A stretch of DNA of 63,270 nt, the filler included, from Sluysia triapertura (taxonomy: Eukaryota), in the NCBI GenBank assembly GCA_046118255.1. It is 4 parts of 4 records of this genome, joined end to end, with 100 filler letters (N's around TTAATTAATTAA, not from the genome) between each part and the next. Parts side by side here need not be neighbours in the genome. Positions count along the whole stretch, not along the records: positions 33,853 to 52,296 come from JBJNIA010149718.1; positions 52,397 to 63,270 come from JBJNIA010192274.1; 2 more parts are not named here. One strand, 5' to 3'. Shown here one piece after another: positions 40,944 to 54,262 of the stretch (the stretch's first letter is position 1; each line of letters starts with the position of its first letter). The translations under genes were made by a program, and so were the position numbers. Below the pieces are notes generated by a model. It was not told where the DNA came from. It searched no databases and saw nothing but the letters and a program-made list of their open reading frames with translations.

Positions 40944-41965
40944 AGTAAAAACGTACTATAGAATTAAGGTGAATATAAATAACTATAACAAAGAGTGCAA
41001 ATTTATTGTAGAAAATATAGAACATGATCGACTATTATATTGAAAAAATTGCCAAACAAGAACAAAAATATGTAATGAGATTTATCATAAAGCACTATTA
41101 GCTAAATAATGTGATTAATTATAGAAATAAATTGATTAGGAAGAGATTACCATTGAAAAAATAAATGTTGGGTTAGAATAAAGCGCCACAGAAAGTTGCA
41201 ATAAAAGGAATTAGCAGAATTTTTTAAAAATTTCTAATATATATTTTGTTTGAAGATTTTAGAAACTATTTGAAAACTATTCTAAGGAAAAATTGAAAAG
41301 ATTTTAAAGATTCTAACATAAGTACAATATCCTAAAGTATAAAATCACACTGAATAAAATCTGTAAAATAACGATATTAAATAAAGTTGATAAAATAAAT
41401 TATCTCTCATTTAAAAAAGGAACATTACTTGTACTATAAAATTATAACATTATTAGTATAGCTTATAAATTTTGTTTTGTTTAATAAAATTTAGTTAAGT
41501 TCGTGTTTTTTGATTTTTGAGACTGAAAGAAAATTTAAAATTTTATTAGCATTTCTATCTCTTACAATAGAGAGGAGTGGAACTCAGATTTTCAAATAGA
41601 CTATTTATAAATAAATTAACATCATAAAGTTAACCTTGAATAATTGTTACAGAATTAAAGTAAAAATCCTATTGAGAATAATTTTAAGGTATACAAGAGC
41701 TATTAACCATAAGATTTACGAATTTAAATTGAGAAAAGATAAACAGTGTAGTTTATTATAATATAACTCAAAGATTTCTATAATATGTTATGTTGTTAAG
41801 CTACATGAATCGCCATGTATATATTTAATTCCAATTCTAATTAATAAATCAATTACTGATTAATAAAACAGCTTTTGAGGAAAGTATAATCTTTACAAAA
41901 TTGGATCAATAATTAAGAATTCAATTAACTGATAATTACCAAGCAATGAAATCCAAACTACTAAC

Positions 41966-44900
41966 CAAACTTTTTCTCATTTTCAGATTCAGCAGTTAAT
42001 TTATTAAAAATAGTTTCCCCTGCTATTATACCAGATCTAATTGCATTATGTATACCCTTTACTTTCGGAACATTCAGAAATCCAGCAGCACAACCAGTCA
42101 ATAACCCACCCGGAAATGAAAGCTTTGGCAAGCTTTGATATCCACCCTCATTAAGAGCGCGAGCTCCATAAGCTATACGTTTACCACCAGTTAATAATTC
42201 TAAAATACGAGGATGGTGTTTAAATTTTTGAAATTCGCGGAATGGATTTGTATAAGGATTTGTATAATCTAGACCCATCTAAAAGTATAAGACAAACATT
42301 TTTTTAATCCAAAGGTGATTAAATTGTGAATATTTCCATTATTATAATTGATTATTTTTAATACCTTGCATTGGTTTTTTCAGCGCAGCCGAGAGCACCT
42401 AACATAAAAAACATTGTATGCAAGAATACAAATAAAAAGTAATATAGTCTTAATGTCTAATGAAATATGGAGTAGCAGAGCTAGATAAATACGAAAACTA
42501 TTGAAGCCGGCTTGTAATGTTATCACAGAAATTGATTAAATGTGTACATTTGAATTACATTATAAACCACTCTCAAAATTTAAAAAACGTAAAAAATGGA
42601 ATTCCGACCTGACTGTAACAAACACTAACAAAAAATATGTCAGAATTGTGTCTGGTTCTGTATCTTTATTATTTATAACAGTATAAATTAAAAAAAACTA
42701 AAAATTACAACGAATCCAATTGATATTAACGGAACACCTTCATCGTAGTGGTATATAAAATAACCTCCATAATTATCTGTCCTCTAAAAGAAAAAAATAA
42801 CATCAAAGTTATGTATCACGATTATTTTAAAAATTATATTTTGTTCAACCCACCAGTTCCTACAGGTAACGCACTACTTAAGCAACCTACATATAACTTT
42901 TCTACATGCTTGAACTAACACCTTCATTATAAACAAATTTGTTATCTTGTGAAAGTATTTATAAGCCAGTTTGAACTAATTAATGTTACTTTTAAGTTTT
43001 GATTTGATATTGAACTTTCAGTGAAATACAGATCTTTGAATTATTTCGAGTTATGAATATAAAGATTCTAATTGTCATCACTAAACTATACGCAACAAGT
43101 TATCCAAGCTACAAAATAAATATATGCAATCACAATAAGTTTAGATATTATTAGCAAATTCAGTGGTGAAAGAAATTTGAAATTCTGGAAAAGACGATTT
43201 TAATGTTGAAATTATTGCAAAGAATCGAAGAACCAATAAATTTATGCCGTTTCTATTGTATTTATCAGCTTATATAGAAATGACAGCTGATAATCAAGTG
43301 GATTTAAAATATTACTTTAAAGCTTTTGATGTATTCTTTAGATTAAGACCCAAAAAGACGTAATTGCATTAATACTGGAAAAGTTGTTTACAAAACAGTT
43401 GGTACTGAAAATACTACGATTCGTGTTGAGGAATTATTCGTGCAAGGACTATTAGTTTTGTAGAATCAGATGAGGTGAACTGTCATGCCTAAAACCTCAT
43501 AATTATATATCAACATTAGTGAACAGATTGTAATAAACCGACATAATACTCAATATTAAAATCAAAAATTATTTTAATGTAATAAAATATTAAAAATAAA
43601 AAAATTCATTTTAAATTTTATGTTAATCATTTCAAAATTCATTATCATTGAGATCTTGCTTTTATAAAAATCACAATGTTTTAATTGAGATTATATAAAG
43701 ATAATATAAAATCAAAAAGATTTAACGAGTTCCAGTGAAAGAAAATTGAAATATAAGAAACAAAACAATTCAGTTAATAATATTTTAGTGAGTCGTGATA
43801 ATGTATTGTTACAAAACTGTTTGGTCAATTTTGATGTGTTTACGTTTTGTTAAATTTCGTTATTTTATTATTTATTTAAAATTGTTGCTCGTTTTAATTA
43901 TGTTGTCTGAACTTAATATAGTGAAGTTTTTTAAAGCCCTTAAGGCTAAAAATATTAATATAATTGAAGTTAAATTAAATGTTATTTATTCTGTAAGAAA
44001 AATTACAAAATTTCAATTTAAAAATAAATGTAAGTTATATGTCAAGCCCTCCACCAACAATTCTATTAAATATATTTCCCTAAAGTTAATAACTCAAGTT
44101 GATCACAAATGATATCCAATAAAGTTCGTGTTATTGATACATAATTTTATTATTACAACATATTCTTTTACATTTTTATTTACTCAGAATATAATTTAAT
44201 CAACATTTAAAAGTAAAACTATGTAATTATTAAAATTTTTCTTTAGAAATATCTTACAATAACGAGACTTTATTTAAATTTAAATACTTGTGGAGGACTG
44301 CTCCATAATTAATGCAATAAAAACGTGAAGATTTATCGAATACAACAAATAGAAGATATAATAGACAAAATTTATGAAATTTTACCAGTTGATGGTTGTC
44401 CATGTAGAACTCCGGTCACTCGGTAATAAAGTTGGTATGGTTATTTTGGAAAACAGTAGCATTGTGGAAACTTCGTAGCATTGCTTTGTATACAGAGCAT
44501 TATTCGTTTGGTAAACTTGATAAAGTCGTTCTTTATAACTTTTAGGATCATCAAGTACCTTGTAGCACCGCTCTTTTAATTCATCTATTACAACTAACAT
44601 CATCGTGTATCTGGTAATATCTAAGATGTTTCGCATAAATTTCCTTATATTTTCTCTGGCACAATCATATATCTTTCAGTCATTTTATGAATAGACCAAC
44701 TTTTAATTATTGAGTATTTGGCACTCTTGCATTATTACATTAGCTAAGTTTTAATTTTGGCTTTTTAACTTTTAAATTGAGTATTTTGCTAAACAATTTT
44801 AATTGTTCATTGAGTCTAACAACCTTTCTAATAGAAAATTCTAACTTTTCATTTGCGATATTTTTCTGAATTTTTATTTGCCACCTCGTAACACTTTTTA

Positions 44901-47331
44901 TTTAAATTACATGCACACACTTATACATGATTTCGATATAAATTTTAATGATGTCTCTATTGAATCTCACTTTAAAATGATTATTTATACCATTTCAATT
45001 TATATCATTACAAATGATCTCTGTAATTTTATAATAATAACTTAAAAATTTGAAAATACAAATAAATGATTTATTTTAAAATGAAAATTTATGAAAATTT
45101 GAAAATGAAAATATTGAAACAAAAATGAGCATTATTTTTAAAATGAAAAATGCACATTATTTTATAATAAGAACATTCATTTAAAATGAAAGCTTTCGTT
45201 TTACTTACATTCAATGCAGTTGTACTCTTGAAAATTGCAAAACGATGTACCATAAATGTACCATAATTACATTTTTATAGAATGTTAATCCTGAACATGA
45301 TTTATTGTATGTCCAGTTAAGTGAAGAGGAAGTTCCGATGTCCATGGCTATGTTTTGTTAGTACATGAGAGTCACGTTTTATTAAACCTTTGACTTACCA
45401 TTAAACCTCTCGAAACAGACCATGTTGCAACAATAATATTTTTATTTTTACATGTTTAAAGAAATTCATATTTTTTTAAACATTAAAATATACTGCGAGA
45501 GAGGTCCGTCAAATTCCGTCATTTCCACTCAAGGGATTTAAAATTATATTTATAATAGAATGTTTTTATTATTTGTACTTAAATACAAATGTAAGAACTA
45601 AATTCAAAATCGTGAGTAACATCTGCAATTGTTAATACAATAATTTATTATTTAGCTTATTGTTTAATCTAAATTTAACGAATTTTCAATTGCCCTAAGC
45701 ATTATTATAAACTATTTTCACTCCACAAAACTAAAGAATGTTTTCCTCACATCTAAATAAATAAATTTTATTAAATTATAAATTAGATCTACTAAAGTAG
45801 TTTTTTAGTTATACTATTTAAAAGCATTTAATACTATTCAGATTTATTTTTTAGTCTATTAGAAATTATCATTATCAAAAAATCTTCATTGTTGTAATGC
45901 TGCTTACTTAATATTTTAATGAGCTTTATCATTTTCTTTCACAAAAATCATTAATAATAACTACATTGAAAAAATTGTTTACAAATGCACCGAAATAAAA
46001 CAAATATTAAATTACATTTGCTATAACGTCTTGAAAAACTTACTTTTATAGAGGTTGTGCCATGGCTTTATAGTTTATTAATATATGTCATTATTGTAAA
46101 TAATCTATCGTATACTGATGTATTTCATTTTATAAAATTCATTCATTTTACTTCTAATTTGCAACATAGGAATAGTTGATTAAATAAATAAGTCTTTTAT
46201 TTTTACTCAGTTTTGTTTCATATCATACTATTTATGGATACTTAATTAAATCCGAAGAACTTGATTTAATATATTTTTACTCAAGTAAATAAAAATTTTA
46301 TTCTGAGCAGATTATCATTTGAACAATTAATCGAGACATACTAAAGGCCAACCAACTCCATGTTCTACTAAACCAGGACGCCATTTTTTTTCGCTTATTT
46401 CCCACATTTCTTTAATACCCAAACCATGTGTTTGAGGTTCAGATTTTGCACGTAAATCATATTTTTTTATAATCTAAAAAATATAAACTGAAAATCTACT
46501 TCAGTTAAAATGAACCTGTTTTGTTAAGTGACCGTGGCAACCTTCGCACATAACAATTTGTCTTCCATGAAATTCTATTCCTCTTTCAAATGATTTCTTT
46601 GGTGACCCGTCTTTAGCAATACCAACATCATTTGTTGCGATTCCAATAACACTTTTGTTGTTTGTATCATAAATTAACTTAATATTTTAATTTTTGATTA
46701 TGCCAATATTTTACTTCGGATGCCGCAAAACCTGGATAGATTTCAACTCCTAATTCCTCAGCCTTTGTACTCATCCAATTTACTAAATTACCTAAACGAA
46801 TTATATAATTTCCGTGATTTTTCATTGGCATTCCTGGTAACAATGGAATATGAATAGCTGACGACTTGGTAAGAAAATAAAACTTATCTTCTTTTACTTT
46901 AGTGAGAAGTGGAGCCTAAAGTTTTAGTTAAAATAAACTATTAATTTACTCCATCTTCTTTCCAATTAGGAAAAAGCTCCATAAAAGATGTTGGTTCTAA
47001 GCAAGCTCCTGAAAGAGTATGAGAACCGATGCCAGGACCTTTTTCTAATAAAATAACTCTTAATTCTTTCCCAAATTTATTGCAGAGCTGCTTTAGCTTA
47101 CAAGCTGTACTTATTCCAGCAGGCCCTCCTCCAACAATTATTACATCAGCAATGTCAATTTCCCTTTTCATATCTATATCTTTCCACCGCGAATCTTTTT
47201 CACGTGGATGTATTGTATAGTGTGTTGTTATTTTCGAAACATTTGCATTACAGGTTCGCAAAATACTTACATATCTAAAACTACCTGAATCAAACATGAA
47301 TAATAAAAGAAAAACAACTTTTAAATAGCAT
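41966..47331 (-). CDS. ETFDH: Electron transfer flavoprotein-ubiquinone oxidoreductase (mitochondrial); 3' end incomplete
   Basis: Exons 47331-47319, 47284-46950, 46915-46715, 46677-46516, 46473-46342, 42783-42709 and 42278-41966, all GT-AG and phase-consistent. Motifs [109 protein letters not shown]. Alternative start ATG at 47297. Confidence 0.96.
43150..43450 (+). pseudogene. Degenerate retrotransposon gag-like remnant in an ETFDH intron
   Basis: Frameshifted pieces [28 protein letters not shown] and [11 protein letters not shown] resemble a capsid N-terminus. Confidence 0.35.
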
Positions 47332-48184
47332 TTTGTTACGTATATAGATATTTATCAAAATAATTAAAATATATATTTTGTGTAAAAGCTAATAATCAAA
47401 ATTTAAGAAATCAAAACTTATTAACTCTAGATAAATTTGTTTCTTTCGGTACATATTGATGAGTTATTAATATTTATTATATAACAGTTAACACTTATCA
47501 TAAAATAGACCAAATTAAAAATAATTTAAATTAAAAAAAGGATATAATTTATATAAAAAGGATTTCACGAAGATAGAAACGTTAATAAATAAATATGAAA
47601 AATTTGGTTGTATGAATTAAGTGTAAATCTTACAATGTATTTAGTGAAATTAATTCTGGTCTTAAGGAAGTATTAAAATTAAATTTCACTTTGAAAATAA
47701 TTATAAGCAAATATAAACTTGTATATTGCAACAAATTAATCGTGCATTGAATATGTATTAAAATATAATTAAGCGTAGGATATTCATTTAGTCATATTTT
47801 TAAACCATATTCTATGACAGCTTTAAGGCTTGCAGATTAGAATTAACTTATTTGCACAGTGATCTGACAACGCTCATGTAAATAATTTTAAATTAATTCG
47901 TTTTATAAACATAAATTTTAGATATAAGATTAATAATTACGTTTTGATTTTAGAATAAATAAATTCAGGATAGTAAATTTTATGAATTTAAAGATCAAAT
48001 TCATGAGTGTGACTATTTGATGACTATTACTTTAATTAGAATGCAATTTAAAAAATTTAAAGAATCATTACATGAAATAGAAATTAAACTGATTTTCAAT
48101 TTTATGTGCATGAGAATTATACTTTGCAAACTGATATTGTTTATCAGATTTTGCATTGTTACAAAACACAAACCCACAAATAGA

Positions 48185-48643
48185 TAATAATATTATTATT
48201 AATATATTAATTTATATTGCGCTCATATCTACTGCAAATTAAGTACTCAAAAGGTAAATCATCCACCATAATATTTCTGAAACAGAAAGAACTTTGCCTT
48301 TTTCTTAAATATTTCATAGTCTTCCAGTAATTTGATATTCTCTGCTAGCTGGTTAATTATTTTTGAAACATAAACGATATATAACTTATCAATTAGCTTA
48401 TTATCACAGTGGATTCTATATAGATTATTATGCCTCAATGAAATATTCATCTTCGTTTCCAAATGTTTTATTATTTCTAAGAAATATTCAGGACTTCGGA
48501 ATTATAAGCATTTGAAGATTATTATCATGATTTTGAATTCTACTTTTCTTGTAGGGTGTTACAGGAGATCTTCTTCCCACTTGGAAAATTAATCTTGATG
48601 CTTGATTAGTTATTAATTATAATTTTTTCACTTTTCTATATGA
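48185..48643 (-). mobile_element. L2/CR1-clade LINE 3' fragment (copy 3)
   Basis: ORF 48259-48462 ends VSKIINQLAENIKLLEDYEIFKKKAKFFLFQKYY, matching the typical LINE ORF2 C-terminus (K.WN.LP..IK....FK..LK..LF). It is followed by GAGTAC..TAGATATGAGCGC and an AT-rich tail; colinear with 4465-4903. Confidence 0.75.
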
Positions 48644-51519
48644 TGTCCTGAGAGCAAAATAATATTAACTGCAAGAGGTTTGTGAAAAACTTAAACTTAG
48701 TTACAAAACATCTAAGGAGTCGGTTTGCATAATATGCACTGTTGGAAACGTGTTGTTAGGATTTTATAGTTAATTTAAAAAGCAATTTACACCTTATTGT
48801 ATTTTTGTTCAAACTCTTTATTTATTCAAAATTTTTGTTAATTTACTTAACCCTTTTTGTTAAACAAAAAATTATCAATTTATACTTATGTAACCCTTTT
48901 TAAAAACTACTTAACCCACCTAAAGTATATTACAAAAATTTCTTACAAATTTAATGAAAATAAAAATTATAATGATAAGATTTTAGATCATTAGTGATTT
49001 TAATGATCTATATCGCTACCCTTATTAAGATGTTGCTTAAAAAGAAAAATTTATTTTAAGTAAATTTTATTATTTCCTCGCGTGAATAACCTATACAATA
49101 AAAATTAGTTCCGCGTGGAAGTGGAATTAAATTGTTCAAATAAAACTCTTCTTTAAATTGTTTCAAAAAAATTCTTTAAAATTTTTAATATTGTCCTCTT
49201 CGATCTCTAAAAAATTTGTTCTTTTGTGTTGAAAAACTTACCTATTTATATGGAATTTGGAGAAGCCATATTGAAATGCTTTCATTTTTAAAAATTAATT
49301 AATTAGAACAAATTTAATATTTCCAAATAAAATTCCTCATTTAATTTTAAATATTTTATTTAAAATTTTACTTAAAAATTTAAAATTTTCCTTAAATTAA
49401 TTTATAAAATTTATACATTATTGTAATAACTTTAATAATTTCAAAAAATAAGTTTTAATTAAATTTGTATTAATTGTAAATAATTATTAAGTTTTAATTA
49501 TAATCAGCAATCAAAAAATTTTTATAACAATTTTTATAAATATTTATTTAAATTCATGAAAGTATTTGACCTAAACTTTGATATTTATATTTGAAAATAT
49601 CTAAACAAACTTTGATATTTATTTTATAAATATCTGAAAATAATTCATTATATTTCGAAAATTTATTCACGGAAATTATAAGCCTATAAAAACACACAAT
49701 ATATTTTTAGTAAATTGTTATCGTTAAAGGAGATATAAAGAATTGTATTACGTGGTGAAAGAATTAGAAAAGACAAGAAAACAAGAAATCTTTGGCTAAT
49801 TCGATTTTTCATCAAGTTATCAACAAGCGAGAAAACATTACTCAATAGAAGAATTCATTTAGAAAACGACTGTTCGATTTTAAATTTGGATATACAAAGC
49901 TATTAATTTTGTCATACTTTAAGTAAGCTTATTTTTATTAGGTTTACGACCCTGATAACAGTGGTCTTAATATTTGACTGAAAATCATTCAAATCTTTTA
50001 GAAACCCAAAGATTAATTCTGAGTTAAACTCAACTTAAATTAAAAGTTTATTAAATTTTATACTTTTATTATATATTGTCTTTTGTATAACTTATATATT
50101 ATTTATTAAAATTTGTTTTAATATATTTTTCTTGTTTTTACAAAGTGTTCTTTAATTTTTGAGTAACATAAAGTAAGGTCAAAAGCAACACCTAAGTATA
50201 AACCTAAAGTTAAAAAGATTAAAGTATTGAGTTTAAAAAACAATATTAAAGAATTAGAATATTACTTGCCAGAACTTAACACAGTGACCCTCAGCTGTAA
50301 TTTTTTCTTTAGTAAAATCCTACGTAAACGTCCTGCTTCAAGATAAATCGTTTAACGTAGGCGGACCCAATTTGTTTAATAATATTCATAATTGTTCAGC
50401 AAAGAAAAAAGCGAACAATTTACACATAGTTATAGGAAGGCCTGCTATACGATATATAAGTCGTTTGCTTAATTTTTATTTTGCTACAGGTTTAGCTTTA
50501 AGAAACCCACAGCAATAATCTTAACCTAAGGCAAAATAAAAATAGGCAGAGTACGGTTACAGCAAACACTTACACGTAAACTGGAGTTCCTGTAACTAAT
50601 ATTAACAAAATTCAATAAAAAGCTGATTATTTTCTAAACTTCTACAATGAACACTACAGGATCTCATTGATATATTTTAATCAACTTATTTAGCAAAGTT
50701 ACTGAATAAACTTTTACTACTAAAATTTAAGCTATAATTTAAAGTTATCTTATACAATTCAAGCAATGATAACACTAATAAATCAGAATTAAAAAATTGG
50801 CCGTAATAATTATAAACCAAGCTTTTAATTATAAACTAAAATTGATTTTAACAATGATTTTGCCCTTCATTAAAAATCGGGGTTAAAAATTTCTATTAAA
50901 AATATTTTTCCTCTATTTTAGTATTTCAACTGTTGAATAATAAAGAAAACTGCTGCTAATTAATTGATTTCAAGACTTAATAAATTGTAAACAAGGTCAT
51001 TTGGCCAATAGATTGATAAATTGTGTCCTTGCTACAAATTTTAATTACTAATTTGTGTTATTAAATTGTGATTTAATAAACTAAACTGAAACTAGTATAT
51101 ATATACTAGTCATCAACCAATCAAAATCAACAGAATTTCTTATATTATCAAAATATATTATTAGAATGTAGTGTACCTCACTGAAGTCTAAATTTTATAC
51201 TTCGCACTTCCATAAAATACTGATATAAACAATTTAAAAATCTGAAACGTACTTTATCATTTTCAAACAAATAAATTTTCCTGATTAATCAACAACTTCT
51301 CGTTTTAACTTAATCTCAGTTTAACTCATCTCTACAAAACATTCTCACTCTCTCAGTTTTTCCTTACCTATATGTTAAAAATTCCTTTTATTGCAAAACT
51401 TTTGCACATAAAGATTGTACGGTTTTTATTGTTTTATTCTTGTCATCATTGTATTTATTCGTTCCTTATTATATTTTTATATCATTAAATTTCATACTTC
51501 TTTTTCTTCTACCAAATCA

Positions 51520-52099
51520 GAAACAGATTCAAAACACCGAAATTTCCGTCAATTTTGAAAAGTCAGAGGATGCGCGAAATATATATACACGGAACACTGA
51601 ATGTTCTTGCAACGAGACCACCACTTACAGCCCATAGCTAGGTTTCTTTAAAGAGAACTGGGCCAAACACAATGTACGGACAACTTCATGGTTATCAGCA
51701 GACGAGCTCCACTATATTTTGGTTAGCTACAAACCGCAAACGACTAAGGAAGTCACGAACCACTCATTTAATGCAAAGAGAAGACTACTACTTACAAATG
51801 AGGCCAAAGTAGATCAACTTATTACGATGGATTGTTGACCAATTTATTTTTACATTGTGTATTTGTTGTACTGATCATCCATTTTTAAAAGTTATTATTT
51901 GTCTCATCAACACAGTAATTTCAAAGAGTATTGTCAATGATGCACAATAAAAACAGAATTAATTACATGTATAACATGTAAACAGAATCTATGTTCTAAT
52001 TGTTTATCTATAAATTCTTCATTTGATAAATATGATGGTATTCAAGATTATAAATTAATTTGCTTAGTTTGTGGTAGCACAGCTATTGCATTATTTTAA
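51520..52099 (+). pseudogene. Disrupted intronless ORF with a C-terminal C8 (4x CxxC) zinc finger
   Basis: One reading frame with 4 internal stops, ending KEYCQ*CTIKTELITCITCKQNLCSNCLSINSSFDKYDGIQDYKLICLVCGSTAIALF*. Confidence 0.55.
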
Positions 52100-52181
52100 A
52101 GCTATTTTAAAAGCTACATTAAATAAGAATGCCCAGATGAAATTATGTCATATTATTGATTTAATATACGTTGATTTAAAT

Positions 52182-52296
52182 CAGTGGTGTCAAAGTGGCG
52201 GCCCGCGGAGGCAAATCACGCGGCCCGTGTATTTACAAACAATACCAGGATAGGTACACGAATATTCATCCGTTATTTTGACGATGATCAAGCTGG
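52182..52296. mobile_element. hAT (Charlie/Buster-like) transposon terminus, cut by the gap
   Basis: CAGTGGTGTCAAAGTGGCGGCCCGCGG..GCGGCCCG subterminal motifs. The preceding 8-mer ATTTAAAT fits the NNNTANNN target consensus. Confidence 0.7.
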
Positions 52297-52396
52297 NNNN
52301 NNNNNNNNNNNNNNNNNNNNNNNNNNNNNNNNNNNNNNNNTTAATTAATTAANNNNNNNNNNNNNNNNNNNNNNNNNNNNNNNNNNNNNNNNNNNN
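52297..52396. other. Artificial contig linker (assembly gap)
   Basis: N44-TTAATTAATTAA-N44. Confidence 0.98.
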
Positions 52397-52551
52397 TTAA
52401 ATTTCGTATGTCTAACTATATTTAGAAACAGTTATGTTTACTTAGTTCATAGATGTGTGTAAATGGTGATTGTGTGATTTACAAATATCATTTATTTATA
52501 TTTAAATTAAAAATAATGGTAAACCATTGCACAATTATACTGATATGTTAA

Positions 52552-52767
52552 CACTTAAATGAAATGTTATGCGACTATCGTTAAGCCGCTGAGATTGCAT
52601 TAATGCAATCTGTAACATGTATCATTTCAATTGACAAGATAAAACACGTAAGACCATTAATACAGATGCGTTGTTAACAAACATGCTACAGATTGCATTA
52701 ATGCAACCACGGCGGTTTAGCGAAAGTCGCGTAACATTTCATTTATACAACGCCGGCGATTTGAGTG
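52552..52767. mobile_element. TTAA-flanked fold-back MITE (piggyBac-like), 216 bp
   Basis: TTAA on both sides; ends CACTTAAAT / ATTTGAGTG. Imperfect inverted arms of ~65 bp, each containing TTGCATTAATGCAA. Confidence 0.8.
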
Positions 52768-54262
52768 TTAATGGAGTACCGTGATGTTCTTATATTGACT
52801 AGTCAGATATCCTCGCTAAAATTCATATTTTACGACATGAAATGTGAAACATCGATTGATACTGGAGAGTTAATTTCAATAAATATTTAAAAAATATTAG
52901 TTTTTTCACAATGCAAATAAGAAGTCATTTATCAAAAAGAAAAATTAAATACCTAATGTCTCAAACAGTAAAATAATGCTTTTCATTCTAAATCAAACAG
53001 CAAACTTACTTTTTATCAACTTTTTCATAATCTAATAATTCAGCATGAAAAGATATACATTGGATATATGTTTTAACTTTTCGAATTCTATTTTTTGTGT
53101 TTTGTATAATTGAATGTTGCTTCCGGAAATGAGTCTATAAGTAGTTAACCTATCATTTTGTTTATATATTAGATGTTTCTTTAACATTTAATTCCGAAGT
53201 ATAAATATGCTATTTTATCTCTACCAAATGAGGTGTCCTCATATTTGCTTCTGTCACAATTATACATGTAATAAAATTTTTTACTTAAATTATAACTAAA
53301 TTATACTTAAGTTATCACTTACATTCATTTTATATTATATTACTATATTTATATTCAATAATTAACATATCTTTACTTTGTACAATTTTATAGTCAATTC
53401 CTTTCTATAGTTAGTTAATTTGATTTTATAATTTTCTGCTATTTTTGGCTTTTTTATTATTTACATGTACTTACTATCCAGCTATTTTAATGTTCGTACT
53501 TTGTGGTTATAAAAATGTTTTTTGATTTTATTTTATTATATTTTCATTTTAAAATTACTTAGATGCTTTTAGATTTGTTTAACAATTAAATTATTAATTT
53601 AATATTTTTTTGATCTCAATTGTTACATTTTCTAATGAAAACTTTAGAATAATTATAAAACAATCATTAACAATTGCTTGGTAATCGATTGTTGAATTAT
53701 TAAAATGTGTTTTTCAATAAGTAATTCAGAGAAGAGCTGCTTAAAAAATTACTGTACTTTAATATTAATTTAATTTTATTAATAGATTTTTAAAATTAAA
53801 AATTAATTTATATTGCTATTGAATCAATAAGCAACACTTTTTGAATTAAATTATATACAATCAAAGCAAGAATAAAATACAAAATCATGATGGCAATTTA
53901 TAAATAATTTCCTTATAGAAATCTGGAAAATTTTTTTGAGATAATAAAAAATATGGAAACCAAAATGAATATTTTCTTATTTTAGTTTTAGTGTTTTGTA
54001 TTTTATATTTAAAGTTATTATGTCTTCAGGGCTTTCAATTATATTATTTTTATCAGTAATGTGATTTTATTGCTACTTTCATTATTTGATTTCGTATATG
54101 GCTCGAGACACGTCAAGCTTAAAATTATTGATATTACAAATAACTAAATTACAACTAGATTTATACAAAATTTTTACTAGATCATAATTATTTTGGCCCT
54201 AATGTCATGTTTGGATCGATAAATGTAATTAAATTACATACAAGCAGTGTGTTTTTCAGCTC

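Noticed and set aside
44382-44636. 84-aa minus-strand ORF inside the large ETFDH intron
   Set aside because: No ETFDH sequence is missing between the flanking exons; no domain or consistent splice model was found.
27681-47220. ORFs 27681-27911 (+), 38387-38638 (-), 38651-38848 (-) and 47029-47220 (+)
   Set aside because: Antisense shadows of the acidic ORF, the piggyBac relic and ETFDH.
51635-51940. Stop-codon reassignment or selenocysteine (TGA inside CQ*C)
   Set aside because: The TGA is not at a Cys position, the frame also has a TAG, and the well-supported genes use the standard code with no internal stops. Pseudogene decay is simpler.
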